Assembly (NCBI GenBank): GCA_964635045.1
Contig: CAZWMJ010000003.1
Location: 12,011-76,010 of the forward strand
Origin: an uncultured Gammaproteobacteria bacterium
GTDB taxonomy: Bacteria; Patescibacteriota; Microgenomatia; Levybacterales; UBA12049
Direction of reading: 5' to 3'
Length of the DNA stretch: 64,000 nt
Shown here piece by piece: positions 55,149-64,000 of the stretch. The position numbers were made by a program, and so were the translations under genes. The notes beneath the pieces are model-generated. The model made no database searches. It saw nothing but the letters and a program-made list of their open reading frames with translations, and had not been told where the DNA came from. Position 1 is the stretch's first letter. Each line of letters opens with the position of its first letter.

Positions 55149-57482
55149 TCAATATCCTCTCCAGTCAAGTAATTTCTGTTTGGCTTGGGCGTCATCGGTG
55201 GCGATGTTGGTTAATATATATTGCAAAGACTCGATCGCTTTTTGCTCAAGCTCAGGCTTGACGACATTTTTTGCTTTATCCAAAGACAAATCATGGTAGA
55301 AAAGCCCAAGGGCATAGTAGGCGTCGCGGTAGTCAGGTTTGAGTTTGACTGTTTTTTCAAGAGCAGATATGGCGTCCCTGCCTTTGCCGTTTTGACCATA
55401 CAGCAATCCCAGATTGTAGAAAATTTTGGCATCGGTGGGAGCCAGCAGGCTGGCTTTTTTTACCGCCTCAAGATCCTCGGCCAGATATTTCGGGTCGGTT
55501 TGAGATAGAGCATAAAACATACGGACGCGGGTTTTCCAAAAGACAACATTGTTGGGGTGTTTCAATACAATATCGTCGCTTAAAGCAATTGCCTGCTCTT
55601 TTAATAATAATGCTTGTTGTCCGGCTTGGCTGGCAATAGTGGGATCTGTTTGATTGGCAAGCGCCGCTGCCAAAATGGCGCTATTTATAGAAAACTCATC
55701 GGCAAAGGTCGGTTCATCGCCTCGTACTTGCACGGCCTCCTGCAGTTTGGGATAGGCCTCCTGATACTGCCCAGATCGATCCAGATTGTAGCCCAAAGCG
55801 AAGGCTTTATCGGCCAGCCAGAAACGAAGCAAAGTAAATTGTAAATAAAAAATAACAAATAAAAGTATGACGATTGCCAGCCATTGATAACTTTTTATCT
55901 CTTCTTTTGGAGATACAGGAGGGTTTTGGGGTTTGATTTGCTCGTTCAGGACAAAGGCGAAGGCGGGGATGAGGAAGAAATAGAGATTGATGATGACCAC
56001 CGAGAAGCCGAAGAAGTTGGAAACTAAAATGGAGAGGTAAGCGCTCAAAAGCGCAATTTCCAATTTCCAATTTCCAATTTCCAATGATTTAGATTTGAGA
56101 TTTTTAAAGATTAGCCAAAGGAATGACCCAATCATTATAAGGTAACTTCCCAAACCAAAAATTCCAGTAGTTGCCAGATAATTTAGGTATTCGTTGTGGG
56201 CTTTGTTGTAGAGAAAATCCCATTCGCTGGTTAGATTATGATTGGTCGGGCGATACTGATAATAGGCAAAGGCGAATGTTTCAACTCCCGATCCAAAAAG
56301 GGGGTTATGGCGGGCGATATCAAGCGCTCCCTGCCAGACAAATCTGCGAATATCTCCCGACTCCGTCCCGCCGGTTTCAAGGGCAGGACCCTGTGGTTTA
56401 ACTTCTAACTGCTTACTACTAACAGCTGACTTTTTGAGACCGGAAAGAGTCCATTTATTCAATTGTTCAAAAGGAGAACCGACCACAAAAGTAATACTAC
56501 CAATAAATATAAATAAAAGTATTAAGTATTTAGTATTTAGTATTTTGTATTTGTTAATCAAACGCGTTTGCCAAATGTAGATTGCAATAAAGAAGGCTAG
56601 TCCTACCCAAAGACCCAAGAAGCCTGAGCGGGAGTTGGTGAAGAGAAAAGCGAGGTAGAATAATATAACAAGTAACACGTAACAAGTAACACGTAACAAT
56701 TTTTTTCGCGTCACGTTTTTCGTGTCACTCGCCACATTGATAACAAAAGCTATGGCAATAGGTATTAAAATAGACAAATACGCTGCCAGCCAGTTGGGCT
56801 GGCCAAGGGTGGAGAAGATGCGCACGCGCGGCTGAAAAGCCTCGGTCCAGCAGGAAACATCCAAATTTCCCCGCAGCATCAAACAAGTTGGATCATAGCC
56901 AAAATGAGAAGGCAGTCCCCAGAGAGTCACGATGAGACCGGAGATAAGACTAACAAAGAGTAATCGTTTAACCATTACTATCGCTCGGGGTTCTGCCGCT
57001 CGCTCGTCCAAAGGTGCTCCTTCTAGTGAGCCACTACTCAACGAAGATGCGCCCCTTTGGACGCCTCCGCTCGCGTCACCCCTAGCTCGATGCCATCCCT
57101 CATTAACCACAAAATTACTTAAAAAAGCGTAGTATAAAAATATATAGGAGATGATGGAAAGCAAGCCTCCGTTAAATCTTGAATAAAATCCCCAAATGGA
57201 AGTATGGGTGTCCAGAGAATGAAAAGTTGCGATAATTTGAGAAATCAGGAAAAGAATAATTGGGATATCAAGCGGTGTTCTTTGAATTGAGATTCTTCTC
57301 TGAGTAATCATTTTTACCAGCCAAGCTCCCGCAATCACCAAAGTCAGAGCAAAGGTCAGCCACATCTTGTTAAATTCAAAAAGCTCATAGGTATCCCCGG
57401 CCATGGTCAAAGGGATAAGTAAAAAGATCAGATAGAAGCAGTATTCGATGGCGCGGTTTACGATTTTGGTCAAAGTTTCCAT
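55149..57482 (-). CDS. O-antigen ligase family protein with C-terminal TPRs
   Basis: STLGQPN, TNSRSG, GSGVETF, KAHNEYL and TPR motifs. Several repeat-derived inserts. Confidence 0.88.
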   Translation of the reverse strand: METLTKIVNRAIEYCFYLIFLLIPLTMAGDTYELFEFNKMWLTFALTLVIAGAWLVKMITQRRISIQRTPLDIPIILFLISQIIATFHSLDTHTSIWGFYSRFNGGLLSIISYIFLYYAFLSNFVVNEGWHRARGDASGGVQRGASSLSSGSLEGAPLDERAAEPRAIVMVKRLLFVSLISGLIVTLWGLPSHFGYDPTCLMLRGNLDVSCWTEAFQPRVRIFSTLGQPNWLAAYLSILIPIAIAFVINVASDTKNVTRKKLLRVTCYVLLVILFYLAFLFTNSRSGFLGLWVGLAFFIAIYIWQTRLINKYKILNTKYLILLFIFIGSITFVVGSPFEQLNKWTLSGLKKSAVSSKQLEVKPQGPALETGGTESGDIRRFVWQGALDIARHNPLFGSGVETFAFAYYQYRPTNHNLTSEWDFLYNKAHNEYLNYLATTGIFGLGSYLIMIGSFLWLIFKNLKSKSLEIGNWKLEIALLSAYLSILVSNFFGFSVVIINLYFFLIPAFAFVLNEQIKPQNPPVSPKEEIKSYQWLAIVILLFVIFYLQFTLLRFWLADKAFALGYNLDRSGQYQEAYPKLQEAVQVRGDEPTFADEFSINSAILAAALANQTDPTIASQAGQQALLLKEQAIALSDDIVLKHPNNVVFWKTRVRMFYALSQTDPKYLAEDLEAVKKASLLAPTDAKIFYNLGLLYGQNGKGRDAISALEKTVKLKPDYRDAYYALGLFYHDLSLDKAKNVVKPELEQKAIESLQYILTNIATDDAQAKQKLLDWRGY
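56981..57099. repeat. diverged member of the ~97-bp hairpin repeat, inside CDS
   Basis: TCGCTCGGGGTTCTGCCGC..GTGCTCCTTCTAGTGA..TCAACGAA..TGCGC..GTCACCCC aligns with copy A. Confidence 0.75.
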
Positions 57483-57538
57483 GAATGATTTATTCTAACA
57501 CATTGGTAAAACAGTGGGCAAGATAGTATAATCCAAAC

Positions 57539-58504
57539 ATGGATAAAAGGGCGCGGGTTATTAAATATTTTCAAAATGCCGATCAATTGACGCTGAAAAA
57601 CATCCGCTATCGGCAGTCTTTACACGCTTTATTTAAATGGCTTCTGCAAAATGATGCGGTGGAAAGGGACATTACCACCAAGTTATTCTTTTCCGATTAC
57701 TCCCAAAAGTCAATCGCCCGCATTTTGGCCAGATCGGACACGGTTGTTGCTGGAGCCTTGGAAATAAGTTTTTTTTTGAAAACTTTTACTCGTCTTGATT
57801 ATAAAATTTTAGCAAAAGACGGCGCTTTTATTAAAACGGGAGAAGGTGTTTTAGAACTTACCGGTGAAGCTTACGAAATACTATCTTTTGAACGGGTGAT
57901 GCTGAATATCCTACAGAGGCTTATGGGTATTGCCACCCAAACGCAAAGGGTTGTGGCAAGATTAGACGGGCTCAAACTGACTGAAAAACCTTTGATTGCG
58001 GCCACCCGAAAAACCGCGTGGGCGGCCTTAGATAAAAAGGCGGTGGCGGTGGGAGGGGGAGTGACGCATCGGCTAACACTCTCTGATTGGGCGCTGGTGA
58101 AAGACAATCATCTGGTTCTCATGGAAAAAATGTTTAATTTATCAGGCGAGAAAGAGACGGCGGTAAAAGCGCTTTCGATATTTTTGAAAAAATCCCGCAA
58201 GTCTTTTATGGAAATTGAGGTGGAGAAAAAAGATACCATCGAGGCATTAATTAAAACTTTTCTTTCGCATAAAACGGATAATGTTCTTGGCATCATGCTG
58301 GATAATTTTTCAGCCGCTCTGGCCAAAAATGCGCTTACGGAGTTGAAAAAAAAATACGATCTAAGCCGCATTATCTTTGAGGCCTCGGGAGGCATAACTG
58401 CTGAAAATCTTATGGAGTGGGCCCAAAGCGGAGTGGATGTTATTTCTCTGGGGGCGCTGACTCACTCGGTTAAATCAGCCGATTTATCTTTAGGTGTAAG
58501 ATAG
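57539..58504 (+). CDS. nadC: nicotinate-nucleotide diphosphorylase (quinolinate phosphoribosyltransferase)
   Basis: ERVMLN, TRKT, HR, KDNH, EIEV, MLDN, EASGGIT and GALTHS motifs. Confidence 0.9.
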   Translation: MDKRARVIKYFQNADQLTLKNIRYRQSLHALFKWLLQNDAVERDITTKLFFSDYSQKSIARILARSDTVVAGALEISFFLKTFTRLDYKILAKDGAFIKTGEGVLELTGEAYEILSFERVMLNILQRLMGIATQTQRVVARLDGLKLTEKPLIAATRKTAWAALDKKAVAVGGGVTHRLTLSDWALVKDNHLVLMEKMFNLSGEKETAVKALSIFLKKSRKSFMEIEVEKKDTIEALIKTFLSHKTDNVLGIMLDNFSAALAKNALTELKKKYDLSRIIFEASGGITAENLMEWAQSGVDVISLGALTHSVKSADLSLGVR

Positions 58505-58544
58505 TACCTGTAGCCTCCCAGGCCAGGCCTGGGAACGTAATAAT

Positions 58545-59435
58545 TTATTCTTTAACGCACTTCCCCCCGGCGTCGGGGTGGGAGCTATCCAATTCGCAGG
58601 TGTATTCTGTCGGACACTTTGCATCGGTAATCCTCCCGCAAGATTGACCTGATTCTATTTTTAATATGCATATGCCATCGGCACATTCCTTATCGTTTTG
58701 AATGATTTCATCTTTCGGGATTATTGCTGATTTTTGATTAGAATCTATAAATTTAAAGGTGGAGAGAATTTGATCCAATAATTTTATGTTATTTACCGGA
58801 TCTTCATAAAAGACAAACTGAATTATTTTGTCGCTTATAGAAAAAGATACTTCTTGATGGTAGGTGCCTGCAAGATATTGATTTTCCGGGATTATTCCGC
58901 TGACTTTGACAGCATTAACACCGTCAATAATTATGTTTTCGCTCTTTAGATATTTATCTTGCTGTGGATAGCCAGCTTTTTGAAATTCGTTTTTATTCCA
59001 AATTGCAACAGTTACAAGCGCAAATGGTCCTTCGTTGACCTCGTTGATATCAATATCGTTTTCTGTTAAAAAAATCTGGTCGCCAAATTTTGGTGATTGT
59101 TTTAAGTATACCGTTGGCGGATATCTAAATTGGAATTTATATTTCTCGTCCTTATACGTTTTCCAGTTGGCAGTTGGGTCTGTGGTGGGGGTTGGAGTTA
59201 GTGGAGAGGAAGGCTTGATTGAAGTTTGCGGAGAAGGTTTCGGGGTTTGTTTATTTGCTTGATTTTTAACAGCGGACATGATTACTGTGGAAAAGATGAC
59301 AACAATAATTAATATTATTAAAATCAAGTTTAACGGAAATATTTTGGGAGAGGGCGGTTGAGTGGAGAGAACCGGAGATGGAGCAACAGGAACCGGATTG
59401 ACAGGAACCTGGGGCTGCGGCAAATTTTCTTCCAT
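58545..59435 (-). CDS. membrane-anchored surface protein (Pro/Thr linker, WKTY domain, Cys-rich tail), paralog 1
   Basis: TM, PTPT linker, TANWKTY, DQILSTFKF and a 6-Cys C-terminus. Confidence 0.75.
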   Translation of the reverse strand: MEENLPQPQVPVNPVPVAPSPVLSTQPPSPKIFPLNLILIILIIVVIFSTVIMSAVKNQANKQTPKPSPQTSIKPSSPLTPTPTTDPTANWKTYKDEKYKFQFRYPPTVYLKQSPKFGDQIFLTENDIDINEVNEGPFALVTVAIWNKNEFQKAGYPQQDKYLKSENIIIDGVNAVKVSGIIPENQYLAGTYHQEVSFSISDKIIQFVFYEDPVNNIKLLDQILSTFKFIDSNQKSAIIPKDEIIQNDKECADGICILKIESGQSCGRITDAKCPTEYTCELDSSHPDAGGKCVKE

Positions 59436-59479
59436 AACTTTACTTTACCATATTGGGAAAATGAGAGCAAGGAAAGATA

Positions 59480-59596
59480 TTATCGGCGATGAGATTTAGA
59501 AGATAGTTTGTAGGCGATATAAAGAAGAAGTCCTGTGATTAGAACTAGAGATACGGCGATTTGTGCAATAGCATTACTAACCCAAAAATTATTCAT
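59480..59596 (-). CDS. small single-TM peptide
   Basis: Read by hand: MNNFWVSNAIAQIAVSLVLITGLLLYIAYKLSSKSHRR, overlapping the upstream stop. Confidence 0.5.
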   Translation of the reverse strand: MNNFWVSNAIAQIAVSLVLITGLLLYIAYKLSSKSHRR

Positions 59597-59807
59597 TTTC
59601 TAACTTTTTCTCAAACAACACTGTTAATAGTAAGAATATTGTACCCAAGGCAATGTCTGCTGTCAATATGAAGATGTCATATATGCTTTGGGGAAGCGAA
59701 ATTGCTGATCCGACAAACGGGACTACAAAGAAAGCGGCAGATATGTTAATTGATAAACCAGAAAGAGCTTTAAGCCAAGGATTGGTTAAAACTATTCTCA
59801 TAAACAA
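59589..59807 (-). CDS. small two-TM membrane protein
   Basis: 72-aa hydrophobic ORF. Confidence 0.55.
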   Translation of the reverse strand: MFMRIVLTNPWLKALSGLSINISAAFFVVPFVGSAISLPQSIYDIFILTADIALGTIFLLLTVLFEKKLENE

Positions 59808-59862
59808 TTTTATCAGGTATTAACCTTACTTTAACATATTGGCAAAAGGGGAGCAAGATTTT

Positions 59863-60789
59863 CTAATAAATTCTAACGCATTTCCCTCCGGCGTCGGGGT
59901 GGGATCCATCTAATTCGCAGGTGTATTCTGTCGGACACTTTGCATCGGTAGTCCTCCCGCAAGATTGACCTGATTCTATTTTTAATATGCATATACCATC
60001 GGCACATTCCTTATCGTTTTGAATAACTTTATCTTTCGGGGTTATTGCTGATTTTTGATTAGAATCTATAAATTTAAAGGTGGAAAGGATTTGATCCAAT
60101 ATTGACAACAGCTCTTTATCGTAGTTAATAGGAGTTTCATACCATGTTTTTCCAAATCCGGCTGCCGTTGAGAACATTTCTAAATTAGGTTCTTTTTTAC
60201 ATATAGTCCATATTAGATTATTGGTTGAAGCTGATTCGGTGGTTTTGGGTCTTCTAAAGGTAAATTCAGCAGCTTTTATTTCGACAAAATCTTTGAATTT
60301 GTCAGACGGAATTTCGGATGGTGGACTATCCGGGAATCGGCAAACATCTGGTCCCCAAGCCATTGGGTTATAGCTCCTAAAAACGTGACCATTCTTGGAG
60401 ATTGAAATATCTTGACTAAGTTGAATGTTTCCATCTTTATAGAGATCTACTTCTTTTGACTTGTCTTCTAAAACCCAACTTTCCGGATACTTGATTGAGG
60501 ATTTGCCGTCTTTAATGATGTAAGTTTTCCAATTTGCTGTTGAATCTGGCGTGAGAGTTGGTGTGGATGTGGGGGATGGTTGGATAGATGGCGATGGGGT
60601 TTGTTTATTTGGTTGATTTTTAACAGCGGACATGATTACTGTGGAAAAGATGACAACAATAATTAATATTATTAAAATCAAGTTTAACGGAAATATTTTG
60701 GGAGAGGGCGGTTGAGTGGAGAGAACCGGAGATGGAGCAACAGGAACCGGATTGACAGGAACCTGGGGCTGCGGCAAATTTTCTTCCAT
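59863..60789 (-). CDS. membrane-anchored surface protein, paralog 2
   Basis: N- and C-termini are near-identical to paralog 1, while the centre differs. Confidence 0.75.
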   Translation of the reverse strand: MEENLPQPQVPVNPVPVAPSPVLSTQPPSPKIFPLNLILIILIIVVIFSTVIMSAVKNQPNKQTPSPSIQPSPTSTPTLTPDSTANWKTYIIKDGKSSIKYPESWVLEDKSKEVDLYKDGNIQLSQDISISKNGHVFRSYNPMAWGPDVCRFPDSPPSEIPSDKFKDFVEIKAAEFTFRRPKTTESASTNNLIWTICKKEPNLEMFSTAAGFGKTWYETPINYDKELLSILDQILSTFKFIDSNQKSAITPKDKVIQNDKECADGICILKIESGQSCGRTTDAKCPTEYTCELDGSHPDAGGKCVRIY

Positions 60790-60884
60790 AACTTTACTTT
60801 ACCATATTGGCAAAAGACTAACAAGCTGTTAGAATACTACCAAATCCAAATAAACAAATAAACCAATCAATAAGTTAATGTTTA

Positions 60885-61262
60885 ATGAAAAATATAGAGA
60901 AAATAAAGGATATCCATGAAAGAATTTACCAGTTTGTAGTGCGTGTTCTAAAAGTTACTAAAGAGCTTCCAAAAACACCTCAAAACATCATTCTTATAGA
61001 ACAGCTTACAAAATCAGCGACATCAATGGGAGCTAATGATCAAGAAGCTGATGGGACGGATAGTAGGAAAGATTTTATTGCCAAATATGCCATTGTTCGA
61101 AAAGAAAGTAAAGAGACTAATTTCTGGTTATTATTAATTTCTGACACTAACCTGCCTTTGATAAGAGCAAAAGCATTAGAAATACTTCAGGAAGGACAAG
61201 AAATAGTTGCTATTGTTAGTAGCATTTTAAATAAAACTCGAAATTACAAAAAAAATTCATGA
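60885..61262 (+). CDS. four helix bundle protein (23S IVS-protein-like family)
   Basis: QLTKSATSMGAN.QEA...SRKDF..K..IVRKE..ET.FWL pattern. Confidence 0.85.
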   Translation: MKNIEKIKDIHERIYQFVVRVLKVTKELPKTPQNIILIEQLTKSATSMGANDQEADGTDSRKDFIAKYAIVRKESKETNFWLLLISDTNLPLIRAKALEILQEGQEIVAIVSSILNKTRNYKKNS

Positions 61263-61314
61263 TGGTAACTTTACTGTTTTATTGGTAGTATTGGTATGTA
61301 TTGGTAGTATTTTT

Positions 61315-62472
61315 ATGTTAAATCGTTTTTTCTCTCTTTTTTCTCACGACATCGGGATCGATTTGGGGACTTCCAATACTCTGGTTTATGTTACCGGCCG
61401 CGGCATTGCCATTCGCGAACCCTCAGTGGTGGCTCTGCACAAAAAGACCAAAAAAATTATTGCCATTGGCACGGAAGCGAAAAAAATGGTTGGTAAAACG
61501 CCGGCCACCATCACAATAGTCAAACCGCTTCGAAGCGGAGTGATTTCCGATTTTGACGTGACGACGGCCATGATTTCCCATTACATCAAAAAAGTTCACG
61601 AGACCGGCGCCCTCATGCCGTCTTTTGCCAGACCAAAGGTGGTTATTGGTATTCCCTCATCAGTTACCGAAGTAGAAAGAAGAGCTGTGTGGGAGGCGGC
61701 GCTGGTGGCAGGGGCGCGCGAGGCCTTTCTTATCGAAGAACCGATGGCGGCGGCCATTGGCGAAGGCGTGTCTGTTTTTGCTCCGACAGGGGTGATGGTG
61801 GTTGACATAGGAGGAGGGACGACTGAAATTGCTATTATTTCTCTGGGAGGGATTGTGGTGGGAAAGTCGTTTCGGATGGCCGGAAACGAGATGGATCAGG
61901 CGATTTTGCATTATGTCAGACTCCGTCATGGATTGCTGCTGGGGGAGCCGACGGCGGAGGAGTTAAAGATAAAGATTGGCAGTGTATATAAAAGTAACTC
62001 AAAAGTCAAAACTCAAAAGTCAAAACTCAATCAGGTAGAGTTAGATGGAGCAAACTTAAAACAGGAAGAGGGGGAGGGGGGGGAGAAAGTTGTAACGGAG
62101 GTGGAAAGGGGAGAGAAAATGGCAATTGTTCGGGGACGAGACATAGAAACGGGACTACCCAAAAGCATCCGTCTCAACGAGACAGAGGTGAGAGAGGCTT
62201 TGGCGCCGGTTATTAGCAGAATCATTGAAGAAATCGCCGATGTTTTAGAAGAGGCGCCGCCCGAGCTGGTGGGCGATATTTTGGAACACGGCATTTTGTT
62301 AACAGGAGGAGGGGCAATGCTGAGCGGATTTGATCACTTAATTATGGAGAGGACTCATATGCCGGTAATTATTGCAGCGGATCCTCTCACCGCTGTGGTT
62401 CGGGGGGCGGGAAAGGTGCTGGAAGATTCTGCTTTTTTACAGCGGGTAAAAGTAACAGGCGGTTTAAAGTAA
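61315..62472 (+). CDS. mreB: rod shape-determining protein MreB
   Basis: GIDLGTSNT, EPSVVA and DIGGGTTE motifs. First gene of mreBCD-mrdA. Confidence 0.95.
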   Translation: MLNRFFSLFSHDIGIDLGTSNTLVYVTGRGIAIREPSVVALHKKTKKIIAIGTEAKKMVGKTPATITIVKPLRSGVISDFDVTTAMISHYIKKVHETGALMPSFARPKVVIGIPSSVTEVERRAVWEAALVAGAREAFLIEEPMAAAIGEGVSVFAPTGVMVVDIGGGTTEIAIISLGGIVVGKSFRMAGNEMDQAILHYVRLRHGLLLGEPTAEELKIKIGSVYKSNSKVKTQKSKLNQVELDGANLKQEEGEGGEKVVTEVERGEKMAIVRGRDIETGLPKSIRLNETEVREALAPVISRIIEEIADVLEEAPPELVGDILEHGILLTGGGAMLSGFDHLIMERTHMPVIIAADPLTAVVRGAGKVLEDSAFLQRVKVTGGLK

Positions 62473-62479
62473 TAGTTTT

Positions 62480-63274
62480 ATGCGGGAGCGAGAAAAATTT
62501 TTGGGCGTTTTTTTTATCTTCTTTTTTTTGTCAGTAACTCTTTTAGTCTTAGCAAAGAGCCAAAGAGCAGGCGGCGTGCAGACATTTTTGGAAAAAATAT
62601 TCCAACCATTTCAAAGCAGTGTTTTAAATTTAACTCGCGCAGTAACATCTCTCACTAAAGATTCAAATTCTGATTTGCGGGAAGAAAATCTTAAATTAAG
62701 ACAGCAATTGGTAGATCAAAAAGCGCTTATTGAAGATAATAAGGCGCTTCGGGATCAATTCCAAACTTCAATTCCTCGATCTCAAAGTGTTCTGCCGGCG
62801 AAAATAGTTGGAGCTCCCAGTCTTGTGCCGGGTATTTCCGAGCCTGAAACTTTTGTAATTGACAAGGGGGCAAATGATGGGATTACAGTTGGGCAGGCGG
62901 TTGTTTTCAAAAATTATCTGGTGGGGAAAATTACCAAAGTGACAGCTCTTTATTCTTTGGTAATACTCTCTATTAATCCGGATTTTTCTATCACCGCCAA
63001 AGACGTGGAGACGCAAGCTCCGGGTGTGGTAAAAGGAAGAGGTAGCGGCACGATGATTTTTGACAATGTAATACTATCCGATCGGCTTACCTTATCCGAT
63101 CTTGTGGTGAGCAAAGGTGAAATGGATATAAATGGGGGGGGAATTCCCAAAGATATTATAGTTGGAAAAATTACATCGATTGATAAAAAACCAAGCGCTC
63201 TTTTTCAAACAGCTTCTGTGAAAAGCTTACTTGATTTTTCCAGAATGGAGACGGTTTTCGTATATCTTCGATGA
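62480..63274 (+). CDS. mreC: rod shape-determining protein MreC
   Basis: TM, coiled coil (LREEN..L), IDKG and LFQ motifs, with synteny. Confidence 0.9.
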   Translation: MREREKFLGVFFIFFFLSVTLLVLAKSQRAGGVQTFLEKIFQPFQSSVLNLTRAVTSLTKDSNSDLREENLKLRQQLVDQKALIEDNKALRDQFQTSIPRSQSVLPAKIVGAPSLVPGISEPETFVIDKGANDGITVGQAVVFKNYLVGKITKVTALYSLVILSINPDFSITAKDVETQAPGVVKGRGSGTMIFDNVILSDRLTLSDLVVSKGEMDINGGGIPKDIIVGKITSIDKKPSALFQTASVKSLLDFSRMETVFVYLR

Positions 63275-63657
63275 AAAATTGGTTTCTGCTGTTAATCGCA
63301 ATTTTACTGGCTATTTTTGAAGGCACAACTTTGATACTGCCGATAGTTTTTATTTATCTAAACATTTTATTTATCAAGAAAAGAAATCTTTTTATGTTCG
63401 TTATTGCTTTTGTCTGCGGGCTGATTTTGGATGTAATAATGCTTAAACCAATTGGGCAAAGCAGTCTTTTTTTTGTCGTTTCGCTTTTTGTGATTGAACT
63501 TTATGAGAGAAAATTTGAAACAAGGACTAATTGGTTTATCCTGCTGTCGTCATTCTTAGGCAGTTTTGCCTATCTGCTTTTGGCGGGAAACCACGATATA
63601 ACAAAACTGTCGTTGATAAGCAGTATCGTTGGGTTTTTATTGTTTAAACTATTATAG
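63271..63657 (+). CDS. mreD: MreD-like membrane protein
   Basis: AFVCGLILD...IG motif, located between mreC and pbp2. Confidence 0.7.
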   Translation: MKNWFLLLIAILLAIFEGTTLILPIVFIYLNILFIKKRNLFMFVIAFVCGLILDVIMLKPIGQSSLFFVVSLFVIELYERKFETRTNWFILLSSFLGSFAYLLLAGNHDITKLSLISSIVGFLLFKLL

Positions 63658-63660
63658 AGA

Positions 63661-63756
63661 GGGGTCCTGTCAGAAGTTTTTCCCGCCAGTGCTCGTTCTA
63701 GTGAAGCAAGCTTCAACGAACTGCGCGCTGTCGGGAGCCCTAACTTCTGCCACCCC
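63661..63756. repeat. ~97-bp hairpin repeat, copy D
   Basis: Fills the mreD-mrdA spacer and is near-identical to copy B. Confidence 0.9.
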
Positions 63757-63763
63757 TGATTTT

Positions 63764-64000
63764 ATGAAAACAGGAGTAGCTTTTGGGGATTTTATAAGAA
63801 CTGAGAAATTGTCGCGAAGACACGATGATGATTTTTCCATGCGAAGAGCCAGAATGCGCGATTCTCTGATGCTGCTGTCTTTTATTTTGGTTTTTACCCT
63901 TCTTTTTATCAGACTTTTTTATATTCAAATTTTTCAAGGAGTCTACTATCGCAATCTTTCCGACAATAATCGTTTGCGAACAACCGTTATTCACGCTCCC
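63764..64000 (+). CDS. mrdA: penicillin-binding protein 2 N-terminus, truncated by window edge
   Basis: Read by hand: MKTGVAF...LFIRLFYIQIFQGVYYRNLSDNNRLRTTVIHAP. Confidence 0.85.
   Translation, partial: MKTGVAFGDFIRTEKLSRRHDDDFSMRRARMRDSLMLLSFILVFTLLFIRLFYIQIFQGVYYRNLSDNNRLRTTVIHAP

Noticed and set aside
58545-60789. Diversity-generating retroelement TR/VR pair
   Set aside because: No reverse transcriptase is in the window, and differences between the C-terminal copies include T/C changes that are not adenine-specific

Overview
Bacterial chromosomal window in standard genetic code. Gene content and style suggest a Patescibacteria/CPR (Microgenomates-like) organism, which is inference only. 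From left to right it contains: (1) a surface-glycan modification region with O-antigen-ligase-like genes, a carbamoyltransferase with SxtJ/SxtK-like partners, an SGNH hydrolase, a GT2 and a sulfatase-PAPS-reductase-family fusion; (2) a LysW carrier-protein operon (lysW-lysX-lysY-lysZ-lysJ) in which the usual M20 releasing enzyme LysK is absent and an N-terminal-Cys Ntn-hydrolase occupies its place, followed by argS; (3) an ACT-regulator/asparaginase/YbaK-racemase module; (4) tRNA-Pro and tRNA-Arg flanking an HTH-LAGLIDADG-like ORF; (5) mreB, glycosyltransferases, a VapBC pair, glgA and a GalT-like gene; (6) a rpmG/secE/nusG/rplKAJL region broken up by inserted genes (FabH-like, truncated DnaA-like, HrpA-like, orphans); (7) four more tRNAs, rpmB, fmt, def, a PaaX/Cas2-like gene among 34-bp palindromes, tandem paralogs with swapped central domains, a four-helix-bundle gene and mreBCD-mrdA. 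Pervasive non-gene structure includes a ~97-bp covarying hairpin repeat, several short GC-rich palindrome families and 7-9-bp tandem arrays. Many of these sit in frame inside housekeeping proteins, and relic tRNA fragments lie next to most intact tRNAs.
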